63,865 nucleotides of DNA, filler included, from Collodictyon triciliatum (GCA_043381765.1; 48 parts of 48 records of this genome joined end to end with filler, not necessarily neighbours in it); one strand, 5' to 3'; positions 1 through 11,780 are shown, counted from the first letter of the whole stretch. The notes: generated by a model from the sequence alone, not told the origin. Program-made: numbers and translations.

Positions 1-150
1 TAAAAAAAGAGAGAATAAAAAAGAGAGAATAAAAAAGAGAGAACAAAAAAAGAGAGAATAAAAAAAAGAGAGAATAAAAAAAAGAGAGAATAAAAAAAAG
101 AGAGAATAAAAAAAAGAGAGAATAAAAAAAGAGAGAATAAAAAAAGAGAG
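1..150. repeat. Tandem repeat (AATAAAAAAAGAGAG)n, intronic
   Basis: About 9 near-identical units at contig start. Confidence 0.9.
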
Positions 151-160
151 GATAAAGAAC

Positions 161-620
161 CTATGCTGCTCCATGTGCTTTCGGACAGTAGAACTGTCCA
201 AAGAGGAGTAGCATCCGAATGCAGGGTAGAAGTTTGCGCCAATATCTGACGTGGGTTCATAGCAAACTCTGCTCCCATCCAGTATCTCGTGGTTCCAGTG
301 TATCCATTTCCCATCTATTCACGAACTAACGTTTCAAAACAACCATACACAAAGGACTGTATCTGAACATACGCCTATAATCCTTTGATTAACGATAAAC
401 TTGTCTCTCAAAGTCATGCCGTTAGTCACACAAGCTCTCGCCCTCGATTCAGGGCGGGCACAAGCCGAGGAATCAATAGTAACCTTGCTCCGGGTTTCCG
501 TACCAGCTGTAGTAGAAGGAATGCACAGAAAGCTTGTCGGTGTCAGCAGTCTCCTTATTCATCACCGAGACAGGTACTGCAGCGACAACATCAATAACGG
601 AGAAGCCGCTGGCACACGAT
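161..620 (-). CDS. MANEA: GH99 glycoprotein endo-alpha-1,2-mannosidase (MANEA-like), partial; exons ~620-484 and 314-161, 5-prime boundary uncertain
   Basis: Splicing GT-AG intron 483-315 gives VHSFYYSWYGNPEQDGKWIHWNHEILDGSRVCYEPTSDIGANFYPAFGCYSSLDSSTVRKHMEQHR, matching the GH99 N-terminal signature (FYYxWYGNP..DG.WIHWNH..DIG..FYP..G.YSS.D). Confidence 0.9.
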
Positions 621-1238
621 AAAGGCAGAAAGCAGACGGTGCTGGAAAGACAGCTCCACGTAGCATAGATTTGCTTTTTCCTGCCCTTCTTCCCGTTTTC
701 ATGACAGGCAACAGAAACAAGACAGAAACCAAATACAACATGTCGGAATCGAACATCTTAAACAAGGGCCATTTAGGGTCATATCCATCCAGCTAAGCCA
801 CCGACTCATTCATCCCCACAGCGCCTGCCCTTGCGGCTCCCAACCGCAAAAGCAGTTTGACTCATTGCCGCAGCGAATCGACCTTTGCGCAGGCAGGCAG
901 GAAAGAGGAAAGAACAGCAGCAGAAAGAGAGAAGCCCACGCGATGGAGCGCCAAAGCCCGAGACGGGGAAGAAGCAGCACACGCGCTTTAAACACTGCGG
1001 CATCCTCTCCGAATACTTGGATGGCCGGGCAGGCCGAGCAAGTGATTCAGTCTGTCGTTTCCAGCGCGACAAGTTTAGCCGGCGGGTCTCACGTCCACAA
1101 AGGTATTTTCTTTACGCATATGTCTTTCGCTCTCTCCTAACTAATTTCTTCTTTTGATTCCCGTTCTAATCGACTAAACCTTAGCGCGAAAAAAAAAAGA
1201 AGAAAGAAAGAAAAAAAACAAAAAAAAACAAAAAAAAA

Positions 1239-1338
1239 NNNNNNNNNNNNNNNNNNNNNNNNNNNNNNNNNNNNNNNNNNNNTTAATTAATTAANNNNNN
1301 NNNNNNNNNNNNNNNNNNNNNNNNNNNNNNNNNNNNNN
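1239..1338. other. Artificial contig-joining spacer N44-TTAATTAATTAA-N44 (first of 47 copies, about every 1.33 kb)
   Basis: Identical 100-bp spacer recurs throughout; TTAATTAATTAA gives stops in all six frames; sequence context changes abruptly across each spacer. Confidence 0.98.
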
Positions 1339-1822
1339 GTCTCAGCGTGTCTGACATCCTGTTTGGCCCACAATACCAAATGACCCACGACTCTAGAATA
1401 CTCTGGACAGTCACAAGGGGACATATGCTGTGGTCCTTATGGAGTGTGCGCGTTCTCTCGCTCTAATGATTCACCCGAACGAGAAATCAATGTAGCCAGG
1501 CTTGAAAACCTCGTGCAATACAGCTTCCTGAACAGCCTGCTGAAACACCCCCGCATTCTTCGCTACTCTGACCGCAAGCGAAGAGATATGTGGAATGTGT
1601 CGTGCGATATCTCCCACAGCATATCCAACCCCTGCTACCCACGCAACCAATCAACCAGTTGGGTCGCCCACCTGACCAACTCGCCATCACTGATTTCTTT
1701 CCAGTGCTGCCTCCCCACGGTACTGTCGTCTATTAATCGCGTTTGCTCTCTCCCATGCGCTCCCATCCCGCCCCTTTGTATGGCATAACCTCGCTACACT
1801 TTGAATCGAATAAAGGGAAAAA
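1339..1822 (+). mobile_element. Non-LTR retrotransposon family A, ORF2 C-terminus plus 3-prime UTR (frameshifted copy)
   Basis: Near-identical to 45378-45671, 46132-46606(-), 62782-63259; ends CTTTGAATCGAATAAAGGG plus A run. Confidence 0.88.
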
Positions 1823-2232
1823 TTTTTTAATTGTTTTCGTATTTTGTTTATCATTTGACAATAAGAGTATCAATCCATTTTTCCTTCGAGGGACTCATCC
1901 AGGACAAAAGATGGGTGGTAGTCATAGTTTCAAGAAACAGCAAGTGAATGGAGCTTGTTCCGAGCCAGATAAAGGGTGGGGGATGAAGAGAGGATAGGAG
2001 TCATCAGATAATGCTTGTCATGGACAATTACTGTCTAGATTTTTATTTTATTTCATTTTATTTTATTGTGATGGCCCTAGACATTCTAAGAGGAAACATA
2101 TTAGTTTTAAGAGAAAACAAGATTATATAATTTAGTAAGGGTCAAATAAATGGTGCGAATAAAATGAAATGGGGCAATACTCTGCTGTCCTGAGAGGAAG
2201 ACAAGAAGGCCCTGACACTATAATGTCTTTCA

Positions 2233-2457
2233 TTAGGCGCAATCGGTCATGCCAGACAATGCTGGATGCAGGGTAGTTGTATTTGGAGAGCACATGGAGC
2301 ATGTGTAATCACCAAAGAATGCTTTGTAAGACCCGATGTCACAAGGAAGACATCTTTGTCCTTTACGATAGTAGCCGGGTTCGCATGTGCATTTCCCACC
2401 ATAATAAACGAACGACTCTGAACAATTCCCATTATTTGCTCTACCCCCAATCTCTCC
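2233..2457 (-). CDS. Cys-rich exon with EGF-like / GCC2-GCC3 (ephrin-receptor-like) repeat
   Basis: CTCEPGYYRKGQRCLPCDIGSYKAFFGDYTCSMCSPNTTTLHPALSGMTDC pattern. Confidence 0.65.
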   Translation of the reverse strand, partial: GEIGGRANNGNCSESFVYYGGKCTCEPGYYRKGQRCLPCDIGSYKAFFGDYTCSMCSPNTTTLHPALSGMTDCA

Positions 2458-2676
2458 TATTATAAGAGCGAAGAATATAAACACATGTAAGGAAATTGCA
2501 TTTTCTGTACCAAGGACAAAGCTTTGCAGCTCGTGGATAGAAGAAAAAAAAAAAAAAGAGGAGGAGGAGGAGGGAGNNNNNNNNNNNNNNNNNNNNNNNN
2601 NNNNNNNNNNNNNNNNNNNNTTAATTAATTAANNNNNNNNNNNNNNNNNNNNNNNNNNNNNNNNNNNNNNNNNNNN

Positions 2677-2760
2677 CAAACAAACAAACAAACAAACAAA
2701 CAAACAAACAAACAAACAAACAAACAAACAAACAAACAAACAAACAAACAAACAAACAAA

Positions 2761-2791
<31 letters not shown>
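2677..2791. repeat. (CAAA)n then (CA)n microsatellite
   Basis: Direct reading. Confidence 0.95.
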
Positions 2792-2845
2792 GAAAAAAAA
2801 TAGAAAAAAAAACAAAGAGATATTACATATATAAAAATAACGAAC

Positions 2846-2954
2846 CTATGATACGATCAGTTATGTAGGAGAGATCGAGATCGTAGCCGCCTGCGGTGTA
2901 TCGCTTCTTATCGTTGGAAACCTGCCGCCTAACAAGGCGTACAAGTGTCGACAT
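2846..2954 (-). CDS. PTEN: PTEN-family phosphatase, first exon
   Basis: MSTLVRLVRRQVSNDKKRYTAGGYDLDLSYITDRII then GT donor; matches the PTEN N-terminal VS..K.RY...G.DLDL.YI...II motif. Confidence 0.88.
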
Positions 2955-4014
2955 TGCTTTATTCCCGGCTGTGTGAGTCCCGATCCTTGCTTTTCAGCCT
3001 AACAGGGGGCGGAAGAAAGGGATCAAGAGTTGCCGGGTATGCAGAATGAAAGCATGTCGAGGCGAAAGAGAGGCGCTCGTGAGATCGGCGCATATGTTTG
3101 CAGTCTCTCTTTGCACACGGCCTCCGCTCGAGAAGAAGGTCGGCCTCGGACAAGCGCGAAGCCTCGTGGGCGGGTCTTTGATCTTCTGCGCACAGATTCG
3201 TTTGGGGGGGAGTGATTGCCTTGTGATGAAGGGCAAAGCCGCTGCGCATTCCAGCTTTGGATGGCCCTAATTTGCGACGCCTTCAAAAACCTTGAGCTTG
3301 CATGTTTTGTAGTGTACACACGCAGCTGATATCCATAATCATAAATTATTTTAATATACAAATTGATATTTAGTAAGACATTGATAGATTTTTATGCAGA
3401 AATAGACCTTTTATTTATAAGATCCAGAATTGATGATCGTTAGACATTTCTGGATTTTATAATTCGCGTGGGTGCAAGAGGGCGAGTGCGATTCTCTTGG
3501 ATCGACAGCGACGGACAAGACCGAGACTCTGTTGGTGGAGGCAGCTGCTGGCGTTCATATCTCGACATGATGATCGCGACTTCCCCTCAATCATTTATTC
3601 GTTAAAGTGTATTTATGTTCATCGCCAAGTTGGATACATGAAAAACTACTCAAGTGCACATTGCAGACTTTGGTTCCGCCAGCCAAACTCTGTGTCGGCC
3701 TTCCTGGCGAGTATGTCGCTCCGTGTGGCCCAATCACTCAGGTTGTTGCACGCATAGCAAACACACACGGAAGGAATATCTAATTTATATCGTATTTTCT
3801 CTTATCCAATTATCTGCGATATCATTTTTTTCAAAGCTTTCCATCCCACAGCAGAAACAACAAAAAAACAAAAAAACAAAAAAACAAAAAAAACAAAAAA
3901 ACAAAAAAACAAAANNNNNNNNNNNNNNNNNNNNNNNNNNNNNNNNNNNNNNNNNNNNTTAATTAATTAANNNNNNNNNNNNNNNNNNNNNNNNNNNNNN
4001 NNNNNNNNNNNNNN

Positions 4015-5252
4015 TGCGTCAGCCAGTACGACAACCCGAGTTTCCTGCCATGCCAACACACATTCTGCTCCGGCTGCATAAAGACAGTCACCGACTCAAA
4101 CGAGGAGCCACCACTTCGATGCCCGCTATGTGCCGAGCCAGCCTATGTGGATGGGAACACGGTTGGTGAGTTAAAGGCGTACGAGTATGATGCGGCCTCT
4201 CTGGGAGGCATGAACGCCGGCCTTGAGGCTGGGAAGACCACAGCAGGCGTTGTAGTGATCAAATGCAGAGGAAGGAACTGCCAAAGCGACGCTACCCACT
4301 ATTGCACTGTCTGTGATGAAGGTGTATATTGTGAGAAGCATGCTGACATGCACATTGAGGTGCTGGGCGAAAAACACATCATAAAGTAATATTTGATTTT
4401 TCGATACAATAATGTATTAAAGTCAAACGAGTTTGTACCTTGGCTACATTTTAAACATGTTCTCACATTACTTTCGTCCAGTAAACTCGAGTTTGGAGCC
4501 TTACCGAGTGCAAAGAAAACGGAAAACTGTCCTATCCATAAGACTGTTATCAAATTCTTCTGTCCATCCTGCCCCGAATCTCCGTTGAAGTGTGCTGAGT
4601 GCGCATTGGAAGACCAAGGTCACTTGGGACAGCATTTGAAAATCGGCCAAGAAGGATTCGACGCCAATTCCATTCTAGCCACCAAAATCCAAGAGCTCCG
4701 CAAGTCAGAGAACAAACTTGCACCGAATATTACATCAATCCAGCTGAAGATGCGAAAGGTTAGATATTTCAAAATATTTTATTTCATTCTAAATACATAT
4801 AAGTTTGCCAACATTTGCATCACAATAACAACCTTACCCATATAGGAAGCCGGGCAGCACCAGAAGAGAGGCAACGAACTCGATGCATTCATCAAAGAAC
4901 TTGAAGCACAAGTCGGCCAGTTCAAGGCTGAGTCGAAGAAGGAGGTAAGCTCAACTTTCTCGCGTTTTCCAGAGTTTTATAAATAAAAAATTATGACATA
5001 TTCCACAAGGAAATTAATACCTACAATGCAACCCAGCTCGAAGCGTTGAATGAGTCCATCCTTGTTCCGCTGAGGAACTCGCAGAGCAGCCTCATGAACG
5101 AAATGCGCCGAATCCACATCGCCAAGCGAACGCTGCGCAAGCTGATTGAGAAGCCCGAAGGCGAGCGCTCCCTGATCCAGATGGGCAACGCACTGCGCTT
5201 CGCCAACCAAGTCCTTTATTCCAAATACGATACACCAATTGAGATTGCCCCA
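4015..5252 (+). CDS. TRIM-like RING / B-box / B-box / coiled-coil protein, partial, 4 exons (introns 4386-4481, 4759-4845, 4945-5036)
   Basis: RING C..LPCQHTFCSGCI..CPLC; B-box CRGRNC..ATHYCTVC..YCEKH..H; B-box CPIHK..KFFCPSC..CAEC..H..H; helical coiled-coil; GT-AG introns keep the frame. Confidence 0.85.
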
Positions 5253-5363
5253 NNNNNNNNNNNNNNNNNNNNNNNNNNNNNNNNNNNNNNNNNNNNTTAA
5301 TTAATTAANNNNNNNNNNNNNNNNNNNNNNNNNNNNNNNNNNNNNNNNNNNNGATTTTCATCC

Positions 5364-5404
5364 AAAAAAAAAGCTACTCCAAATGAATGGAGTAGCTTTT
5401 TTTT
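5364..5404. terminator. Bacterial intrinsic (bidirectional) terminator
   Basis: A9-GCTACTCCA-loop-TGGAGTAGC-T8 hairpin 15 bp downstream of the stop of 5420-6590(-). Confidence 0.85.
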
Positions 5405-5419
5405 GTGGTCGTGAAACGA

Positions 5420-6590
5420 TTATTTGCTGATTATCAACTCTTTCGTTTCTGTGTATGTTCCTGATGTCATTTTGTAGTAGTATGCACCGTTCGATAATGC
5501 CTCTACTGGTACTGATACTGTGTAATGACCCGGCTGTAATGTCTGACGTACTGCACTTGTAACTACCTGCCCTTGTGTATTGTAGATGACGATTTCTGTC
5601 GGTGCGGTATATCCTACACTAAAGTCGATATTCGCTGTTCCTGTTGACACCGGATTTGGATTTACATTTGCCAAGGCAAAGTTTACTCCGCTTCCTACTA
5701 CTCCTCTATAGGACAATGCACATGTTGGATTGAGTGTTATTTCACCATTTGTTGTTGTCAAATTCACACACGTATTTCCAACTGCTACTGCTCCAAGTCG
5801 TAATGCTACTTTTTGAACCGCTCGGTCTAAGGTTGTTAGGAATTGAATTGTTGCCACTTCTGTTCCTGCAACATTGTTCAATGATGCAGCTCCTGTTGAG
5901 CGTAAGGTAAAGCTTGCAATACCATCGATGGAATTGACTGTTTTATTTATCAGTTCCCATCCTTGTGCTGCCAATGCCGGATTGATAACAATACTTCCTT
6001 CGCTGGTATTCAAGATTCGTACATTGTTTACATCTTGATAGTTCAAGGTGAATTGCACTTCTTTTACATCTGCCAAAGATATATCTGCTCCTGCATCCAT
6101 TCGGATGTAGACATTTTGACTGCTTCCAATGTCTACCGGAGATGTTGGTCCACTTACTGTGAAGTTTCTAGCAAAACTTTCAGCAATTCCTGTTACTGGT
6201 TGGTTAGCAACTGGCGTTGTTGCTGCATCACTGGTTATTTCCAATGTTGCAACGTGTGTTCCAACGATATTTGGTGCGTATGCTATATCAATTGTTTGTG
6301 TTTGACCAACGTTCAATTGTAGTGGATATGTCAACGGAGTAGTTATCGTAAACATATTACCCGGATTTGTTGCCAAGCGGATGTTTGTAATATTCAACGT
6401 TGATTGACCAGTCGAACGAATTGTTGCTTGGATGGTACCATTGCTGTTGATACAGATTGGACCGACACTTCCACCAGTTAAGGCAATATCAGAGGTTAGG
6501 GTTTGTGTTACTTGACCCAACCAAATACTAATTGCTTCTGATTCTGCATCGGATACTGTTGTCAACGTTGCTTGTTTAGCTCCCGGAGCA
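5420..6590 (-). CDS. Bacterial T9SS type-A sorting-domain protein with Ig-like (choice-of-anchor D / ASH-like) and cohesin-like modules, 5-prime partial
   Basis: Intronless >380 aa; C-terminus FALANVNPNPVS..IYNTQGQ..L.PG.Y..LSNGAYYYKM..TKELIISK is typical of Por/T9SS CTDs; followed by terminator. Confidence 0.88.
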
Positions 6591-6701
6591 NNNNNNNNNN
6601 NNNNNNNNNNNNNNNNNNNNNNNNNNNNNNNNNNTTAATTAATTAANNNNNNNNNNNNNNNNNNNNNNNNNNNNNNNNNNNNNNNNNNNNAGAAAAAAAA
6701 A

Positions 6702-6704
<3 letters not shown>

Positions 6705-6788
<84 letters not shown>
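6705..6788. repeat. (GAAA)n microsatellite
   Basis: Direct reading. Confidence 0.95.
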
Positions 6789-6791
<3 letters not shown>

Positions 6792-6851
6792 AGGAGGAAA
6801 TGAATGAGCGCATTACTTTACTTGACTTGCTTTGCAATCACTCATGACCCA

Positions 6852-7630
6852 TACCTTAATTTTTTCGACAGTTACATCATTTTCAAACACCTCTCCATCA
6901 TATTTCCTATCTGACTGCCCCAAATACCCTCGAAAAAGCCCATTAAATGTCCAGACAGCAACATCTCCACGGCTTGTCCCGGTAATGAAATACGAAAAAG
7001 ATGGGAAAAAAATGCAGCTGCACGATGAAACGGTTTTAGCAGCAGTTGGTATTGCACCCTGAGTATGACATAAAGTAATGAAGAATAAAATGGAGTTTCA
7101 CCTTGATATTTTTGATGTGTGCGCCCTCCAAAATCGGATAGGTTTTGGGTTTGGATCCGAGCCACAAAGCGAAGGAATACTCCACATCTATTTATTTAGA
7201 CGGCCGATGTGAATTAAATGCCAAATCACAGCTCTTCGAATCTGCAAACATGGCAACTACAAAAGCACCTTAATTCAAGTATATTTTCATATTTTGACAT
7301 TGAAAACCTTCGCATATCCCAAAACATCCGTAACGAGTACATTTGATTCACTTTCATCAGCAGCTATCCCACTGACCTAATTAAAATTTACACGACGGTT
7401 TCAAAATTCAAACATATGATATTTATTATTATTATTACTAACTGGCTTTGTCAAGATAAACTGTCAATTTTGATTTCATTTTTCATGCATGAAATGGTGG
7501 GCCAATAATTGAATGTGGATAGTCACCTGGTCTACCATAGCGCCAATATTTTCCCGGACCACTCTTCCGCGATGGGGATCAATTATATGTATAGTACCAG
7601 CACTGGTGCCAGCTATCAGAAGCGAACGCT
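6852..7630 (-). CDS. WD40-repeat protein, WDR49/WDR64-like C-terminal blades, partial multi-exon
   Basis: Exon peptides LLIAGTSAGTIHIID, LVTDVLGYAK, MWSI..PIRFWRAHTSKIS, FITGTSRGDVAVWTFNGLFRGYLGQ. Confidence 0.65.
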
Positions 7631-7831
7631 TTTTGAAATAATAAATCTGTTGGATGGAAAGGAAAAAAAGAAAATACAACTATTAAAACGGTACAAAAAT
7701 ATTTGAAAATTTTTTTCGGGTGTTATGGGGTCTTTTTTTTTTTTAGGACAGCGAAGTAAGCAAAGAAAGAAATTAAAAACAACATCAAAAATACAATATC
7801 AAAAAACAAAGAAACATATAGACAAGTTATA

Positions 7832-7927
<96 letters not shown>
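7832..7927. repeat. (AAT)n microsatellite
   Basis: Direct reading. Confidence 0.95.
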
Positions 7928-8027
7928 NNNNNNNNNNNNNNNNNNNNNNNNNNNNNNNNNNNNNNNNNNNNTTAATTAATTAANNNNNNNNNNNNNNNNN
8001 NNNNNNNNNNNNNNNNNNNNNNNNNNN

Positions 8028-8471
8028 TGGGCCTCTGCAACAGCTGCGTCCAGATGCAAAAACATTCTGGGCAGTGACGCGAGGCCATTTGCTATGGACT
8101 ATGTGGATAGCACGCATATACTCACGCAAAGCAATACTCAACAACCAGCCATCCATTCTTGATAATTGGCTGGATGACATTATACAAATCTGCTTCCTCA
8201 ATAGCTTTCTTCGCCACCTGCACGTTCTCTACTACTCAGACCCTGTGAGAAGAGACATGGGAAAGAAGGCTGAGAAATAGATTCAACCTCGCCTTGCCTC
8301 TCTCATGCAAGCACAAGACCCAGGCTACAGGCCAAACCGCAGATGCAATTCCTGATTACCGACTGCTTCTCCGCCATTCGGCCATCAATTAACATCCATG
8401 CAAAATAGGACTAGCGAACCAAAGCCAACATCTTCGCCACCCTGCACAAAATTGAAAGGGAGAATAAAAAA
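8028..8471 (+). mobile_element. Non-LTR retrotransposon family B, ORF2 C-terminus plus 3-prime end (premature stop)
   Basis: Near-identical to 25590-26030, 28057-28488, 41368-41718; ends AAAATTGAAAGG.AGAATAAAAA. Confidence 0.88.
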
Positions 8472-8477
8472 TGATTA

Positions 8478-9264
8478 GCAGCTTCAGCAGAAGTAAACCA
8501 ACAGAGACCTCGGTGATGCCCTACCAACTACCGCTGGACGTGTGGCCATAACTCCTTCGTGAGGGACTGAAGCCGTTCAGACCGACCCACGTGGATATCA
8601 AAAAGGACAAAGGCTTCTTCACAGACACGGCCGTGGTGAAGCTTCTATGTCATAAGAACCAGCTCCCTGCAAAGTTTACAGTCATGGGCAAAAAGTGTCC
8701 AAAGCGCATTCTCAAAGAGCATCCGTCAGTCGCGAACAACGAACGACAAGTAAAAGCCCCGCAAAAGAATGCACCTGCCAAGCAGACAAGCAGCAACGGG
8801 GTCAAGGAAGCCAAGGCCAGGAAACAACGGAGTCCGCAAGACTCACAGCAGATACGCGCATACAGCAACAGCGGCGATGACATGGAAGGAAATCTCGGTT
8901 CCTCTTTAGAATCCTCGCACTCAAGCCCTCCACCGCCAACACCGGACAAGCCCGTACATCGCAAGACCCAAGAGCAGCGCATCTCCAAACCATGAAAGAA
9001 ATCCCCCCTTAAACTACCCATTCAGACTGACGTGAATATGGTTAACATAGGAGGCATCAAGGCAGTCTTCGTTACTTATCCGAAAAGATACTCCGAAGCG
9101 AAGGCAACACAAGAACCAGCGCCCACCAAAGATAGTCCGTTTACGCTGCCCCAGCCCGTCGCACCGAGAACCAAGGAGCAAGAGCAAACAGCACAAGTCG
9201 AATCCAAGCTTGGAACTTCACACACTAAAGACAGTCCGAGCAAGCAGGAGCGTATGTTTCTAAA
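8478..9264 (+). mobile_element. Putative non-LTR retrotransposon ORF1 fragment (degenerate)
   Basis: Homologous to 13590-14252(+) and 59243-59886(-); LREGLKPFRPTHVDIKKDKGFFTDTAVVKL resembles the ORF1-like protein at 16049-16870; followed by a Lys/Ser/Pro-rich tail; always found with LINE fragments or degenerate. Confidence 0.7.
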
Positions 9265-9364
9265 NNNNNNNNNNNNNNNNNNNNNNNNNNNNNNNNNNNN
9301 NNNNNNNNTTAATTAATTAANNNNNNNNNNNNNNNNNNNNNNNNNNNNNNNNNNNNNNNNNNNN

Positions 9365-9462
9365 TATGTATGTATGTATGTATGTATGTATGTATGTATG
9401 TATGTATGTATGTATGTATGTATGTATGTATGTATGTATGTATGTATGTGTGTATGTATGTA
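9365..9462. repeat. (TATG)n microsatellite
   Basis: Direct reading. Confidence 0.95.
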
Positions 9463-9514
9463 TAGGGTTGGGGGCGGGGAGTTTATCATTTTTTTTCCAA
9501 ATTAATTAAGCTTA

Positions 9515-10495
9515 CTAAAAGTGACACGAGCTCCGCTGCTTGTTTTCGAGATATACCGAGAAGTTTTTCCGTTTGAAGGCACTTTAATTTCATAGACTCT
9601 ATCTCCCTTTGATGAGTTTGATTTCTTTGTTTGACGAAGGACAACTAACGAGATACCAATTTTTTTCTCAGAATAACCAGGTATAAAAAATTCTGGCCAA
9701 AATTATTGTATAGATAAACCAAACCTCATTCAATAGCTCAGACTTTTCAAGCTCTAATTCAAAAACTTTATTGCTTGTTTGAGAGTTCCTCAATTCTCTT
9801 ATCTACATTCACAGTCATTAGCTTTGTCAAAAAATGCCAATATTTGTTTGTTTGTTTTCTTTTAAAAAAAGAAACCATGGGCATAACATATATCTCATTT
9901 CACCTGTATTTGACGTTGAAGCTCCAATACTTCCAAGTTACTATCATCGGCGACCTTTGAAGAAATCAGCGATTCTTGACTTTTTTTTTTCCAAAAAAAT
10001 CGATAAGAAATCACAATGATTTATGATTCATGAACTTTTTTTTCAAAGTAACTACTTTTGGATCACATCTCTTCATTAAATATATATGCATATAAAAGCT
10101 ACGAGTTCTGTGCAGCTCTCAAATCAGTCAACTGCTCCTTCAGAGTTTTGTTCTGAAGTTGAAGATCGGCCACAGTTTCCTATGTGATTTAGTGGCAGAT
10201 GGTTTTGAGGGTGAGAAGAGAAACGTCATTCGTAAGTCAAAAACTTTTTTGTTGGGATGAAGAAATTTTTTTACTGAATACACGGATATTTCTGAGCTGG
10301 TGGAGTTAACTTGGGCAAGAAGCTATACGTATTTGGACTCAGTACGACCTAAAAACATCCTTCCAACTGCAAAGGATGCTCATGCAGTAGGATAAATCCT
10401 TTGTTATCACTTCAAATGATAAAGACGGGGTACCTCTTTGTGCTTCGACTTCAATGATTCCAATTCTTTTTGAAGAGCATTGTTCTTTTCTAGCA
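9515..10495 (-). CDS. Uncharacterised coiled-coil protein, partial multi-exon
   Basis: Short exon-like heptad peptides (LLEKNNALQKELESLKSKHKE; ETVADLQLQNKTLKEQLTDLRAAQNS; DDSNLEVLELQRQIQ) between GT-AG introns. Confidence 0.45.
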
Positions 10496-10898
10496 ACACC
10501 AAATATGCTATTGTGTAGGGGGGGGGGGGGGGGGGGTGTTTTTTTTTTTTTAAATATTTAAAGAGGTGAAGAAAATCTAAAAAAAAAATTAAATAAACCA
10601 ANNNNNNNNNNNNNNNNNNNNNNNNNNNNNNNNNNNNNNNNNNNNTTAATTAATTAANNNNNNNNNNNNNNNNNNNNNNNNNNNNNNNNNNNNNNNNNNN
10701 NAAGAAACAAGAAACAAACAACAAACAACAAACAAACAACAAACAAACAACAAACAAACAACAAACAAACAACAAACAAACAACAAACAAACAACAAACA
10801 AACAACAAACAAACAAACAACAAACAAACAACAAACAAACAAACAACAAACAAACAACAAACAAACAGACAGAAAAAAACATATGAGAAAGGAAAACC

Positions 10899-11780
10899 TG
10901 CAATCTCTGTATTTTTCTCGATGTAGAGAATATCACCAACTTTAACATCCTGATAAAGCTTCTCAACTATTTTCCCCTCCACGACAACTTTGGTGAGTCG
11001 GTTATTTACCTCATTATCAGCAATACCGCGTCTCTGATGATTTAGTTTGAATATTTTGAATGAGTATCAGATGGGTTAAATAGAGTGAAAAAGAGGGAAG
11101 TGCAGTGATGATACTTTTGGAATAATCTTTCAAACAGTAAGAATAATAATAAAAATGTACATAGTCTTCGTATCCCTCCCGAATGGCGGTGATAAGTAAA
11201 ACGAAGACAAGAGGAAGAATGCTGGTCAGAGGGAATATTGGACTCACATCAGGAATTAATTGGATAAGTACGATGACGAGAAAGTAGAAGTTAGATGCCC
11301 TGTGAGTATTGGTTTGATTTATTTAAAAATCATGCTCTAGTAATTGATGCTTGTTTATCATAAGCACGTCACTGATAAGGTCTCAAAAATGAAAATGGAA
11401 TCGGGATTGAAGAAAATGATATTTTGAAATCTTTTGATTTCGATATGAGTTTTCTTGAATTGAAGATGCCCAAAAAATATTCTTCATGACCAATTTACCA
11501 AACTCCATATAAGATGTAAGCACTCACCGTCGGAATTGTTCAAACAGGTTCTTGAAAATGAAATTCCACACTATGTATTTTCATGCATGTCTTGTAAATA
11601 AATTGGATTCTTTCATAGATAACGTGCGAATCAACAAAGAGGTAAGAAAAAAACCTGTGTATTTGGTTGTCTTTGTCTCGTTTGATGCATATGCATATCG
11701 GTGGTTTTTTTCATGGTTGTTTGTGTAAACTCTACGGCGCAACGGTGGTGGCGGTAAACTTTCACCACAAAAAACATCCT
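10899..11780 (-). CDS. P4-ATPase phospholipid flippase, N-terminal part, multi-exon
   Basis: [86 protein letters not shown]. Confidence 0.93.

Noticed and set aside
1283..1294. Regularly spaced TTAATTAATTAA motif as a CRISPR-like or periodic biological repeat
   Set aside because: Always embedded in N44 runs; an assembly linker
2621..2815. Low-complexity ORFs in the track (poly-F/L/C/K, ending XXX-LIN)
   Set aside because: Translations of microsatellites and the linker, here and at most contig ends
10517..10550. G20 run followed by T run as a G-quadruplex element
   Set aside because: Intronic homopolymer, possibly a sequencing artefact; no supporting context
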